Shown here piece after piece: positions 1 through 8,736 of a stretch of DNA of 32,000 nt. Numbering within the stretch: the first letter of the stretch is position 1; each line of letters starts with the position of its first letter. A program made the position numbers and the translations under genes. The stretch lies in assembly GCF_902713755.1 (NCBI RefSeq), contig NZ_LR744089.1. One strand, 5' to 3'. A model generated the notes under the pieces. That model made no database searches and was not told where the DNA came from. It worked only from the letters and a program-made list of their open reading frames with translations. The DNA is from Candidatus Saccharimonadota bacterium (GTDB lineage: Bacteria; Pseudomonadota; Gammaproteobacteria; Johnevansiales; Johnevansiaceae).

Positions 1-926
1 CCTGAACCAATCAATGATTTTCTTATTTTTGTTTGTTTTTTTTGAAATTCATCTTTATATTTTTGTTTTAATTTTGCTTTTAATAATAAAATAGCTTTAG
101 ATTTATTTTTATGTTGAGATCTTTCTGTTTGACATTCAACAACTATATTTGTAGGTATATGAGTAATTCTAACAGCAGAATCAGTAGTATTTACATGTTG
201 TCCACCTGCTCCACTAGATCTATAAGTATCTATTCTTAAATCAACTGAATTAATTTTTATATTTAAATCTTTTTTTATTTCAGCCATAACAACTACAGTA
301 CAAGCAGAAGTATGTATTCTACCTATAGATTCTGTATCAGGTATTCTTTGTACTCTATGAGTACCAGATTCAAATTTTAATTTACCATATATACCATATC
401 CTTTAATTCTTAAAATAATTTCTTTAAACCCCCCATATTCTCCTGAATTAAAACTAATTACTTCAATTTGCCATTTATTTTTTTCAGCATATTTATAATA
501 CATTCTAAATAAATCACCAGCAAAAAGCGCAGCTTCTACCCCTCCTGTACCAGCACGTATTTCTAAAAAAACACCATTTTTATCTTCTTTTTCTTTATTA
601 TAATTTTTTATATAGTTAATAACATCTTTAATATTTAATTTTAAATTAAATAATTTACTTGTTATATTTTTTATTTCTTCATTTATTAAGTTACGTAAAT
701 CTAAATCATTTTCATTATATATTTTTTTATTATAAATAAGTTCTACTTCTAAAGTTTTATATGTTTTCCATAAATGTACTAATTTTTCTAAGTTTGAATA
801 CTCACGTGAATATTTTATATATTTATCTTTTTTATAAATAATTTCAATTTTAGAAAGTAAAATAGATAAATTATAAAATTTTTTTTCAAGTTTATTTAAA
901 TAATAACGTACGTTATTTTTTATCAA
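1..926 (-). CDS. prfA: Peptide chain release factor 1, partial (C-terminus runs off the window)
   Basis: I translated the minus-strand frame by hand; it is open from the window edge to 926. It gives ...[24 protein letters not shown]..., ...[33 protein letters not shown]... (RF1-type PxT region, no SPF motif) and ...[23 protein letters not shown]... (GGQ motif). The probable start is TTG at 924-926, with an in-frame TAA three codons upstream. It is absent from the ORF track because it is truncated by the window edge. Confidence 0.9.
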   Translation of the reverse strand, partial: MIKNNVRYYLNKLEKKFYNLSILLSKIEIIYKKDKYIKYSREYSNLEKLVHLWKTYKTLEVELIYNKKIYNENDLDLRNLINEEIKNITSKLFNLKLNIKDVINYIKNYNKEKEDKNGVFLEIRAGTGGVEAALFAGDLFRMYYKYAEKNKWQIEVISFNSGEYGGFKEIILRIKGYGIYGKLKFESGTHRVQRIPDTESIGRIHTSACTVVVMAEIKKDLNIKINSVDLRIDTYRSSGAGGQHVNTTDSAVRITHIPTNIVVECQTERSQHKNKSKAILLLKAKLKQKYKDEFQKKQTKIRKSLIGS

Positions 927-944
927 ATTATATTACCTACAAAT

Positions 945-989
945 ATTATTTTATTTAATATAAATATATTAATTATTTTATTTAATATA
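945..989. repeat. 18-nt direct repeat (ATTATTTTATTTAATATA at 945-962 and 972-989) in the divergent prfA<>prs spacer
   Basis: I read the exact 18-mer twice, 27 nt apart, in the nearly 100% A+T 112-nt spacer (927-1038) that must hold the divergent promoters. The low complexity makes its significance uncertain. Confidence 0.5.
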
Positions 990-1038
990 TATAATAATAT
1001 TAATAAATATAATAAATTATTTATAGGTAAGTGTAAAT

Positions 1039-1986
1039 ATGATTTTTTCTAAATTAATGTTATTTACTGGTAATTCTAATATTGAACTAGCAAAAAAAAT
1101 TGCTAGTTGTTTAAAAACTAAGTTAGGTAATTCTACAGTTAATAAATTTAGTGATGGTGAAATTTCTGTTGAAATTAAAGAAAATGTAAGAGGTAAAGAT
1201 ATTTTTATATTACAATCAACTTGTGTACCTACTAATAATAATTTAATAGAATTAATTTTAATTATAGATGCTTTGCGTAGAGCTTCGGCTACAAGAATTA
1301 CAGCTGTAATACCTTATTTGGGGTATTCTAGACAAGATCGTAGAATAAGATCTACACGAGTTCCTATTTCGGCCAAAGTTATAGCGGATATGATTGTTAA
1401 AGCAGGTGTAAATCGCGTTATGACTATGGATTTACATGCTGATCAAATCCAAGGTTTTTTTGACGTTCCTGTAGATAATATCTATGGATCTCCTGTATTA
1501 ATAAAAGATATAGAAAATCAAAAATACAATAATATTGTAATAGTATCACCTGATATAGGTGGAGTTGTACGCGCACGAGCAATAGCTAAAGAATTAAATG
1601 TAGATTTATCCATTATAGATAAACGTCGTCCTAAAAAAAATAAAACACAAGTCTTGCATATTATTGGAGATATTAAAGAAAGGACATGTATATTAATTGA
1701 TGATATTGCAGATACTGCTAGTACTTTATGTAAAGCGGCTGAATCATTAAAAAAAAAAGGAGCTAAATATGTAGTTGCATATATTACTCATGCTATATTA
1801 TCAGGTAATGCTATAGATATTATAAACAAATCATTATTAGATAAATTAATAATTACAGATACTATTCCTTTATCTAAAAAAGCTATTATTAGTAAAAAAA
1901 TTAGACAATTATCTGTTGCTAGTATAATAGCAGAAGCTATTCGTAGAGTGAATAATGAAGAATCAATAAGTGCAATGTTTAATTAA
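1039..1986 (+). CDS. prs: Ribose-phosphate pyrophosphokinase (PRPP synthetase)
   Basis: 315-aa ORF with the typical Prs sequence: [15 protein letters not shown]..., ...[25 protein letters not shown]..., [11 protein letters not shown], and the PRPP-binding loop [13 protein letters not shown]. An AGGTAAG motif lies about 9 nt upstream. An alternative start at Met7 (1057) cannot be excluded. Confidence 0.95.
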   Translation: MIFSKLMLFTGNSNIELAKKIASCLKTKLGNSTVNKFSDGEISVEIKENVRGKDIFILQSTCVPTNNNLIELILIIDALRRASATRITAVIPYLGYSRQDRRIRSTRVPISAKVIADMIVKAGVNRVMTMDLHADQIQGFFDVPVDNIYGSPVLIKDIENQKYNNIVIVSPDIGGVVRARAIAKELNVDLSIIDKRRPKKNKTQVLHIIGDIKERTCILIDDIADTASTLCKAAESLKKKGAKYVVAYITHAILSGNAIDIINKSLLDKLIITDTIPLSKKAIISKKIRQLSVASIIAEAIRRVNNEESISAMFN

Positions 1987-2003
1987 TATTTGGAATTTTC
2001 ATA

Positions 2004-2576
2004 ATGCAAATTAATCAACTTAATGCTTTTATAAGATATAATATAGGAAAAAAAGCAAATAAAAGATTACATAAGAATACAATTATTCCTGCGATAATAT
2101 ATGGAGGGAATAAAAAAAATTTACTTATTGCTATAGACCAAGAAAAAATTTTTAATTTTATAAAACAAGAAAATTTTTTTTCTTCTATAGTATATATAAA
2201 TATAAATAATAAAAAAGAAAAAGTTTTTATACGTGATATACAACGTCATCCTTTTAAAAATTTAATAAATCATATAGATTTTATACGTATAAATGAAAAT
2301 AAAAAAATTAATGTATTAGTGAAAATAAAACTTATCGGAAAAGAAAATTGTAAAGGTGTAAAACAAGAAGGAGGAATACTATTTTTCCATAAAAATTATA
2401 TGAAAATAAAATGTTTACCTAAATATATTCCTAAGTTTATTGAAATAAATGTAAGTAATTTATCTTTAGGAGAAACTGTATTTATAAAACATATAAAACA
2501 TATAAAACATATTTTATTTTTAGAAAAAAACCAAGAAATTATTACCGTTAAACGTATAATAAAAAATGTAGAATAA
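2004..2576 (+). CDS. rplY: 50S ribosomal protein L25, long Ctc form
   Basis: 190-aa ORF directly after prs, which is the conserved prs-rplY order. The N-terminal domain (RLHKNTIIPAIIYGGNKKN...IRDIQRHPF...HIDF) is L25/Ctc-like. Its length matches the long non-enteric form. Confidence 0.85.
   Translation: MQINQLNAFIRYNIGKKANKRLHKNTIIPAIIYGGNKKNLLIAIDQEKIFNFIKQENFFSSIVYININNKKEKVFIRDIQRHPFKNLINHIDFIRINENKKINVLVKIKLIGKENCKGVKQEGGILFFHKNYMKIKCLPKYIPKFIEINVSNLSLGETVFIKHIKHIKHILFLEKNQEIITVKRIIKNVE
2484..2512 (+). repeat. In-frame 9-nt tandem repeat (ATAAAACAT x3.2) inside rplY
   Basis: Read directly: ataaaacat at 2484-2492, 2493-2501 and 2502-2510, plus a partial copy. It translates to IKHIKHIKHI in the L25 C-terminal region. 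Confidence 0.9.
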
Positions 2577-2581
2577 TTTAT

Positions 2582-2655
2582 GGTTACGTAGCTCAGATGG
2601 TTAGAGCGCATCACTCATAATGATGAGGTCCCCTGTTCAATTCAGGGCGTAGCTA
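2582..2655 (+). tRNA. tRNA-Met (anticodon CAU), elongator-like
   Basis: I folded the cloverleaf by hand: GGTTACG-TA-GCTC...GAGC-CATCA-CTCATAA-TGATG...CCCTG-TTCAATT-CAGGG-CGTAGCT-A. It is nearly identical in the arms to E. coli elongator tRNA-Met. No CCA is encoded. A lysidine-modified tRNA-Ile2 cannot be excluded from the sequence alone. Confidence 0.85.
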
Positions 2656-2665
2656 TTTACTATTA

Positions 2666-2738
2666 CTCCCCGAACAGGATTCGAACCTGTGACCCAATGA
2701 TTAACAGTCATTTGCTCTACCAACTGAGCTATCGGGGA
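2666..2738 (-). tRNA. tRNA-Asn (anticodon GUU)
   Basis: The reverse complement is TCCCCGATAGCTCAGTTGGTAGAGCAAATGACTGTTAATCATTGGGTCACAGGTTCGAATCCTGTTCGGGGAG. The anticodon loop is CTGTTAA, and the acceptor and T arms are canonical. Confidence 0.9.
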
Positions 2739-2743
2739 TATTA

Positions 2744-3559
2744 TTATGTTAATATATAATTATTATATTTATCAAGTATTTTTTTTAAAAAATTATCATT
2801 ATTACTTAATAAAAATTCTCCAATTAAAAAAACATTAACACCAAAAATTTGTAATTTTTTTAAATCATTAACATTTAAAATTCCTGATTCTGTAACAAAA
2901 ACAATATTTGAAGGTATATATTTAATTAAGGAAATTGTTATATTTATAGACGTATTAAATGTATATAAATTTCGATTATTTATACCTATAAATTTTGCAT
3001 TTAAAGAAAATAACGCTATTTCTAATTCTAAAATATTATGTATTTCTACTAATACATCTAAACCAATTGATATTGCTATATTATATAATTTTTTTAATAA
3101 ATCATTTTTTAAAATTGAAACGATTAATAAAATACAATCGGCACCTATTAAACGCGCTTCAAAAACTTGATATTCATCAATAATAAAATCTTTAAATAAA
3201 ATAGGTAAATCAAAAATTTTTTTTACTGTTAATATATATTTTTTACTACCTTTAAAAAAATTTTTTTCTGTTAATATAGAAATACACACAGCTCCATTTA
3301 GATAATAATTATAAGCTATTTTTTCAATATTATTAGTATTATTAATTATTCCTTTAGAAGGTGAACATCGTTTAATTTCTGCAATAACTGAAATTTTATT
3401 TTCGTATTGTTTTTTTTTTATAGATTTAATAAAACTATTATTAGTAAAGTTTTTTTTATATAAATAAAAAAATTTACGTATTTTTTTTAATGATAATTTT
3501 TTTATACCATTATTAATTGTATTACGTTTATATTTTAATATATTTTTTAATATATTCAT
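2744..3559 (-). CDS. trpC: Indole-3-glycerol phosphate synthase
   Basis: 271-aa ORF with the IGPS signature EIKRCSPSKG. It lies in a trpE-G-D-C cluster. Its ATG overlaps the trpD stop (TAATG). Confidence 0.9.
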   Translation of the reverse strand: MNILKNILKYKRNTINNGIKKLSLKKIRKFFYLYKKNFTNNSFIKSIKKKQYENKISVIAEIKRCSPSKGIINNTNNIEKIAYNYYLNGAVCISILTEKNFFKGSKKYILTVKKIFDLPILFKDFIIDEYQVFEARLIGADCILLIVSILKNDLLKKLYNIAISIGLDVLVEIHNILELEIALFSLNAKFIGINNRNLYTFNTSINITISLIKYIPSNIVFVTESGILNVNDLKKLQIFGVNVFLIGEFLLSNNDNFLKKILDKYNNYILT

Positions 3560-4581
3560 TATAATATACCTTTATTTAAATATTTAGTATAAAAAACAAT
3601 GTTTTTTAATTTTTTATATGCTTTTCCTGAAATTAATATATATTTCGCTAAATAAATTCCATTTTTAATATTACTTACTATTCCTGAAACATATAAAGCT
3701 GTTCCTGAATTTAATACAATTATTTCAAAAGCTATACATAAATTACTTTTCATAGAATGAATTATTATATCTAAACTTTGTAAAACATTTTTGATTTTTA
3801 TCAAATCTAATTTTTTGTTTTGTAAAAAAAAATTTTTAGGATTTATTAAATAATTTTTTATTTTACCATTATTTAATTCAGAAATATAAGTGGATTTATT
3901 TAAAGAAATTTCATCAGAACCATCTTTTGAATGTATTATTAATGTTTTTATACTACCTAATTTCATAAAAGCTTTAGATAATATATTTAATAACCTTTTA
4001 TCATATACTCCTACTAATTGTTTTAACGGTTTTATAGGATTAGTTAACGGACCTATTATATTAAATATAGTAGGTATACGTATATCCATTCTTATTTTTC
4101 TTATTTTTTTTTTATATTTAAACTCAGATATTAAAAAAACTAATCGTAATTTTTTTATACATTTTCTAATATCTTTTTTTTTTAAATTTAAATTTATTCC
4201 TAATACATTAAGCAAATCTAAACTTCCTGAATAAGATGATATACTTTTACTACCATATTTAGCAACGTTTATTGCACCTGTAGCAGAAACCACAAAACTT
4301 GAAGCTGTTGATATATTAAAATAATTTAAATTATCACTACCTGTACCTACTAAATCCATAACATTATCATTTATTATATTATAATGATAATAATCATTGA
4401 TTACCTTAGCTGTTGCTGCTATTTCATCACTTGTTTCTTTTTTTATAGATAATGCTGTTAATATAGATGCTATTTGTGTTGATTTTATTTTACCAAAATT
4501 AATAGCTTTCATTATTTTATAAAATTTATTAAATTTTATATTTTTTTTATTTATTAAATCTTTTAATATTGTATAATTCAT
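3559..4581 (-). CDS. trpD: Anthranilate phosphoribosyltransferase
   Basis: 340-aa ORF. The DLVGTGSDNLNYFNISTASSFVVSATG region matches the TrpD GTGGD/NxST motif. Its position between trpG and trpC supports the call. Confidence 0.9.
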   Translation of the reverse strand: MNYTILKDLINKKNIKFNKFYKIMKAINFGKIKSTQIASILTALSIKKETSDEIAATAKVINDYYHYNIINDNVMDLVGTGSDNLNYFNISTASSFVVSATGAINVAKYGSKSISSYSGSLDLLNVLGINLNLKKKDIRKCIKKLRLVFLISEFKYKKKIRKIRMDIRIPTIFNIIGPLTNPIKPLKQLVGVYDKRLLNILSKAFMKLGSIKTLIIHSKDGSDEISLNKSTYISELNNGKIKNYLINPKNFFLQNKKLDLIKIKNVLQSLDIIIHSMKSNLCIAFEIIVLNSGTALYVSGIVSNIKNGIYLAKYILISGKAYKKLKNIVFYTKYLNKGIL

Positions 4582-4582
4582 A

Positions 4583-5161
4583 TTATTTTTTTATAAAGTT
4601 TTTTAATAATCCATGACCTTGATAAGATAAAATAGATTCTGGATGAAATTGTAATCCTTCTATGTTATATTGTTTATGTTTTATACCCATAATTACATTT
4701 GGAGTTAAATCATAATAATCTGTTATAGCTGTAATTTCTAAACTAGAAGGTAAATATTTTTTATCAATTATTAAAGAATGATATCGATTTACTTCTATGG
4801 GATTGATTAATCCTTTAAATAAACCTTTATTTTTATGTTTAATTATTGACGTTTTTCCATGAATAAGTTTTGTTGATTTAATAATTTTACAACCAAATAC
4901 TTGTCCTATTATTTGATGTCCAAGACATATTCCTAATATTGGAATTTTATTTGCAAAATGTTTAATTATTTCAATAGAAAGACCAGCTTTATTTGGTGTA
5001 CATGGTCCTGGTGAAATAACTAAATGAGTAAAATAACAGTTTTCTATATTTTTTATATTAATATTATTCCGAATAATATTAACATTAACACCTATTTCCA
5101 TAAAATAATGTACAATATTAAAAGTGAAACTATCATAGTTATCAATAATTAAAATTCTCAA
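4583..5161 (-). CDS. trpG: Anthranilate synthase component II (glutamine amidotransferase)
   Basis: 192-aa ORF with the class-I GATase motifs PILGICLGHQ and FHPES. The start codon is TTG (reverse complement of caa at 5159-5161), preceded by AAGGAAGGA. One nt separates it from trpD. Confidence 0.9.
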   Translation of the reverse strand: MRILIIDNYDSFTFNIVHYFMEIGVNVNIIRNNINIKNIENCYFTHLVISPGPCTPNKAGLSIEIIKHFANKIPILGICLGHQIIGQVFGCKIIKSTKLIHGKTSIIKHKNKGLFKGLINPIEVNRYHSLIIDKKYLPSSLEITAITDYYDLTPNVIMGIKHKQYNIEGLQFHPESILSYQGHGLLKNFIKK

Positions 5162-5189
5162 AACTTTATCCTTCCTTTATATTATTTCC

Positions 5190-6671
5190 TTATACAAGAT
5201 TTTCTTCCACTATAGCAGCTGCTTTCAATATAACACTACTTTTATTTAATATTTCATTCCATTCTTTATCTTCATTAGATTCTTCTATTATTCCTCCCCC
5301 AGATTGAATATGTAGTTTATTATTTTTTAATATTGCCGTTCTTATTGCTATCGCAATATTCATATTACCATTCCAAGATAAATAACCTATTGCTCCTGAA
5401 TATATACCTCGTTTAACCGGTTCAATTTCATTTATAATTTCTAAAGCTCTTATTTTTGGTGCACCAGAAATAGTACCTGCTGGAAATGTCGCGCGTAATA
5501 CATCAATCAAATCTAATTTAGGTTTTAATATACCTATTATATTTGAAACTATATGCATAACATGTGAATATCTTTCTATTAACAATTGGTTTGTAACTCT
5601 TACAGTACTACTAACTTTTCCTACATCATTACGTCCCAAATCAATCAACATAATATGTTCTGAAAATTCTTTATAATCCTTTAATAATTCATTTTCTAAA
5701 TATATATCATATTTTTTATGTTTTGCTCTATGACGAGTTCCAGCTATAGGTCTTAAAGTAATTTTTTTATTATCTAATCTCACCAAAATTTCAGGAGAAG
5801 AACCAACTACAGAATGATCTTTAAGATTTAAATAAAACATATAAGGTGAAGGATTTAAAACTCTTAATGCACGATAAAGATTTAATGGTTTAGAATAAAA
5901 CGGTATAATAATTCGTTGTGATGGTACACATTGCATTACATCTCCAGAATAAATAAAGTTTTGTATTTTAATAATAGAATTTTTAAAAGTAAACTTATTA
6001 AAACTAGAAAATATAGGTTTTTGTTTATATTTTTTTAATATATGGTTATTAATATTATTATTATATAAATCTGATGAATAAATTTTTGATTTATTAATAA
6101 ACTTATCACTTATTTTATTTTCTATTAGTTTTATACGTTCAAAACCTTTTTTTAAATATTGTTTTTCATATATATTAACATTAACTAAGATAGTTAATCT
6201 ACCTGAATATTTATCAACTATTATTATATCATTAGCTCTTAACAAAAATATATCAGGTGTATTTATTGGATCATATTGTTTATAATATTTTATTGTTGGT
6301 TCAATAAACCTTATTATATCGTATCCAAAATATCCTACTAAACCTCCATCAAATCTTGTTTTACTTTTATTAATAATAGTTTTTTTTATTTGTTTTATAT
6401 ATTTTGATATCCATAATAAAGGATCTATTATTTTAATTTTTTCAATTTTTATTTTATCTTTAAATAATTTAATTTTGTTACCATATACTTCTATTCTTTG
6501 ATTACACCGTAAACCAATTATAGAATATCTACACCATTTTTTTTTTCCTTCTATTGATTCTAATAAAAAAGTCCAAGGATAATTTGCTATTTTCATATAA
6601 AGAGAAAGAGGCGTATCTATATCTGATATGATTTCTTTATAAATAAGAATTCTATTTTTTAATAATTTCAT
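5190..6671 (-). CDS. trpE: Anthranilate synthase component I
   Basis: 493-aa ORF. It has N-terminal LLES.EG and a C-terminal chorismate-binding domain (...FPAGTISGAPKIRALEII...RGIYSGAIGY...). Confidence 0.95.
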   Translation of the reverse strand: MKLLKNRILIYKEIISDIDTPLSLYMKIANYPWTFLLESIEGKKKWCRYSIIGLRCNQRIEVYGNKIKLFKDKIKIEKIKIIDPLLWISKYIKQIKKTIINKSKTRFDGGLVGYFGYDIIRFIEPTIKYYKQYDPINTPDIFLLRANDIIIVDKYSGRLTILVNVNIYEKQYLKKGFERIKLIENKISDKFINKSKIYSSDLYNNNINNHILKKYKQKPIFSSFNKFTFKNSIIKIQNFIYSGDVMQCVPSQRIIIPFYSKPLNLYRALRVLNPSPYMFYLNLKDHSVVGSSPEILVRLDNKKITLRPIAGTRHRAKHKKYDIYLENELLKDYKEFSEHIMLIDLGRNDVGKVSSTVRVTNQLLIERYSHVMHIVSNIIGILKPKLDLIDVLRATFPAGTISGAPKIRALEIINEIEPVKRGIYSGAIGYLSWNGNMNIAIAIRTAILKNNKLHIQSGGGIIEESNEDKEWNEILNKSSVILKAAAIVEENLV

Positions 6672-6692
6672 TTAAGTTTTATAAAATATAAA

Positions 6693-6764
6693 GGGGTCGT
6701 GTAGGATTCGAACCTACGACCAATTGGTTAAAAGCCAACTGCTCTACCACTGAGCTAACGACCC
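6693..6764 (-). tRNA. tRNA-Lys (anticodon UUU)
   Basis: The reverse complement is GGGTCGTTAGCTCAGTGGTAGAGCAGTTGGCTTTTAACCAATTGGTCGTAGGTTCGAATCCTACACGACCCC. The anticodon loop is CTTTTAA. It is very close to E. coli tRNA-Lys. Confidence 0.9.
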
Positions 6765-6808
6765 ATATTTATATATTATAATATATATTGATTTATTACC
6801 ACTAATTA

Positions 6809-7438
6809 TTATCTAGTGCCAAATATTTTATCTCCAGCATCACCTAAACCTGGTACGATATATCCATATTTATTTAATTTATCTTCTATTGAAGCGGTAT
6901 AAATTTGAACATCAAAATGTGCTTCTTTAACTCGTTTAATACCTTCTGGTGCTGCTACTAATACAATAACTTTTATTTTATTACATTTTTTTTCTTTAAG
7001 CATATTTATTACAGAAATAATAGATCCTCCAGTAGCTAACATCGGATCTATTATTAATGCTAAACGTTCATCTAAAGCATTAACAAATTTTTCAAAATAA
7101 GGTATAGCTTCAAAAGTTTTTTTATTTCGATATACCCCCACTACGCTGATATGTGCACTAGGTATTAATTTAGTAATACCATTCATCATACTTATTCCTG
7201 CACGTAATATAGGAACGATAGTAACATTTTTACCATTAATTCTTTCAACACTTAAAGGTTTACCATCCCATCCTATTATTTTATGTAATTCTATTGATAA
7301 TCCTCTTGTAGCTTCATAAGCCAATAGTTCTGTTATTTCGCTTGCTAACTCACGAAAATGTTTAGTACTAATTTTTGAAGATCTCATTAAACCTAGTTTA
7401 TGTTTAATTAAAGGATGCTCAATCACATGAACACTCAT
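6809..7438 (-). CDS. upp: Uracil phosphoribosyltransferase
   Basis: The ORF-track entry is 6809..7495, but its first 19 codons run into tRNA-Val. The internal Met at 7438 gives [19 protein letters not shown]..., which aligns with the Upp N-terminus (E. coli [19 protein letters not shown]). That yields 209 aa, the normal length. The C-terminal [16 protein letters not shown] motif is present. Confidence 0.9.
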   Translation of the reverse strand: MSVHVIEHPLIKHKLGLMRSSKISTKHFRELASEITELLAYEATRGLSIELHKIIGWDGKPLSVERINGKNVTIVPILRAGISMMNGITKLIPSAHISVVGVYRNKKTFEAIPYFEKFVNALDERLALIIDPMLATGGSIISVINMLKEKKCNKIKVIVLVAAPEGIKRVKEAHFDVQIYTASIEDKLNKYGYIVPGLGDAGDKIFGTR

Positions 7439-7461
7439 TGAAATTTCTCTTTTAATATTAA

Positions 7462-7535
7462 TAGGACTAAGCGGATTCGAACCGCTTGCCTCCACGATGT
7501 CAACGTGGTGCTCTAACCAATTGAGCTATAGTCCT
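7462..7535 (-). tRNA. tRNA-Val (anticodon GAC)
   Basis: Hand-folded from the reverse complement: AGGACTA-TA-GCTC-AATTGGTTA-GAGC-A-CCACG-TTGACAT-CGTGG-AGGCA-AGCGG-TTCGAAT-CCGCT-TAGTCCT-A. It is 74 nt with all stems canonical. Confidence 0.85.
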
Positions 7536-8270
7536 TTTTTTATCAATAATATCTGCTATAAATTTAAATAAACTACTAATTTTAGATTTTGGTTTTGATA
7601 TTAAAATAGGATTTTTATCACAAATATATTTATGTAAAGGAAAACATCCAATTTTTTTTATTTTATATTTTTTTAATATTTTAATATATTTATTATTAAA
7701 TATTGAATTAGAATATCCACAACAATTACATGTATAAAAACTCATATTTTCTATTAAACCTATTATAGGAATTTTTATTTTCTTAAACATATTTATTCCT
7801 TTAAATGCACCTAATATTGATATTTCTTGAGGTGTTGTTATAATTATTACCCCAGATAAACTAATATTTTTTGATATTGATAATAATATATCTCCAGTTC
7901 CTGGAGGCATATCTATAAATAAATAATCTAAATATCCCCAATTAGTATTATTAAATAAATGTAATAAAAATTTAGATATTATTGGTCCACGCCAAATAAT
8001 AGCTTTTGTTTGTTTTTTTACTATAAAACCCATTGACATTACTTTAATTCCATAATATGGAATTGGCTGTATTAATTTATTATTATTAATAAATATATTT
8101 TTTTTTATACTTAATATTTTTGATTGACTATATCCATATATATCTGCATCTAATAAACCTACTTTATATCCTTTTGTATTCATAGCTAATGCTAAATTAG
8201 CCGTTATAGTTGATTTCCCTACTCCGCCTTTTCCAGAAGCTATAGCTATAATATAATTTATATTAATCAT
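7500..8270 (-). CDS. apbC: Fe-S cluster carrier ATPase, Mrp/ApbC/NBP35 family (short form)
   Basis: 256-aa ORF. It has the deviant Walker A motif [20 protein letters not shown] near the N-terminus, [14 protein letters not shown], and a CxxC (TCNCCG) typical of this family. The last 12 codons and the TGA stop lie inside tRNA-Val (7500-7535), so the true 3' end is uncertain. Confidence 0.8.
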   Translation of the reverse strand: MININYIIAIASGKGGVGKSTITANLALAMNTKGYKVGLLDADIYGYSQSKILSIKKNIFINNNKLIQPIPYYGIKVMSMGFIVKKQTKAIIWRGPIISKFLLHLFNNTNWGYLDYLFIDMPPGTGDILLSISKNISLSGVIIITTPQEISILGAFKGINMFKKIKIPIIGLIENMSFYTCNCCGYSNSIFNNKYIKILKKYKIKKIGCFPLHKYICDKNPILISKPKSKISSLFKFIADIIDKKRTIAQLVRAPR

Positions 8271-8433
8271 TAATTTAATTAATCCTAATGTTATCCATAT
8301 ATTTCTACTGGATTAAAAAGCAATAAATTTGGTATTTCTATAGATAAAAATGCAGAAAAAAAATATTTATTTTTATACGAAATAAACATATCAAATAAAA
8401 ATATACAAACATTATCCCTATCAATGTCTTTAA

Positions 8434-8518
8434 TACCCGAAGCCGGACTCGAACCAGCACGCCATATAAAAGCGGGGGATTTTAAGTCCCCTGCGTCTAC
8501 CAATTCCGCCATTCGGGC
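8434..8518 (-). tRNA. tRNA-Leu (anticodon UAA), class II with a long variable arm
   Basis: The reverse complement is GCCCGAATGGCGGAATTGGTAGACGCAGGGGACTTAAAATCCCCCGCTTTTATATGGCGTGCTGGTTCGAGTCCGGCTTCGGGTA. The anticodon loop is CTTAAAA. It closely resembles E. coli leuZ. Confidence 0.9.
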
Positions 8519-8521
8519 TAT

Positions 8522-8592
8522 AGGCTGGAATCGGAATTGAACCAATTTAAACGGATTTGCAATCCGCTGCATAACCATTCTGCCATCCAGCC
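8522..8592 (-). tRNA. tRNA-Cys (anticodon GCA)
   Basis: The reverse complement is GGCTGGATGGCAGAATGGTTATGCAGCGGATTGCAAATCCGTTTAAATTGGTTCAATTCCGATTCCAGCCT. The anticodon loop is TTGCAAA, and the U73 discriminator expected for tRNA-Cys is present. It sits 3 nt from tRNA-Leu. Confidence 0.9.
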
Positions 8593-8645
8593 AAAATAAT
8601 AATTTTATTATATAATAAGATTTTATATAATAAAATATATTTAAA

Positions 8646-8718
8646 GGGGCTTTAGCTCAATTGGTAGAGCGCAACACTGGCAGTGTTGAGGTTATCGGTT
8701 CGAATCTGATAAGTTCCA
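8646..8718 (+). tRNA. tRNA-Ala (anticodon GGC)
   Basis: Sequence: GGGGCTT-TA-GCTC-AATTGGTA-GAGC-G-CAACA-CTGGCAG-TGTTG-AGGTT-ATCGG-TTCGAAT-CTGAT-AAGTTCC-A. The G3:U70 wobble pair, the alanine identity element, is present. Confidence 0.85.
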
Positions 8719-8736
8719 TATAATATAAAAATCATT

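Noticed and set aside
3890-4234. Antisense shadow ORFs of 60-114 aa: 2396-2614, 2995-3183, 3890-4234, 9604-9792, 10669-10857, 12025-12261, 13692-13934, 19144-19326, 25892-26083, 30584-30781 and 31640-31963.
   Set aside because: Each lies wholly opposite a well-supported conserved CDS. Each has a low-complexity Ile/Leu/Phe/Asn-rich sequence typical of the reverse frames of AT-rich genes, and none has a recognisable motif.
7439-7495. An N-terminal 19-codon extension of upp ([19 protein letters not shown]) in the ORF track.
   Set aside because: The extension is a translation of the tRNA-Val 3' half. The internal Met at 7438 reproduces the conserved Upp N-terminus and the normal length.
8291-8578. 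A 95-aa minus-strand ORF.
   Set aside because: Its N-terminal two-thirds is a read-through of tRNA-Cys and tRNA-Leu (8434-8592). The remainder is low-complexity spacer with no SD.
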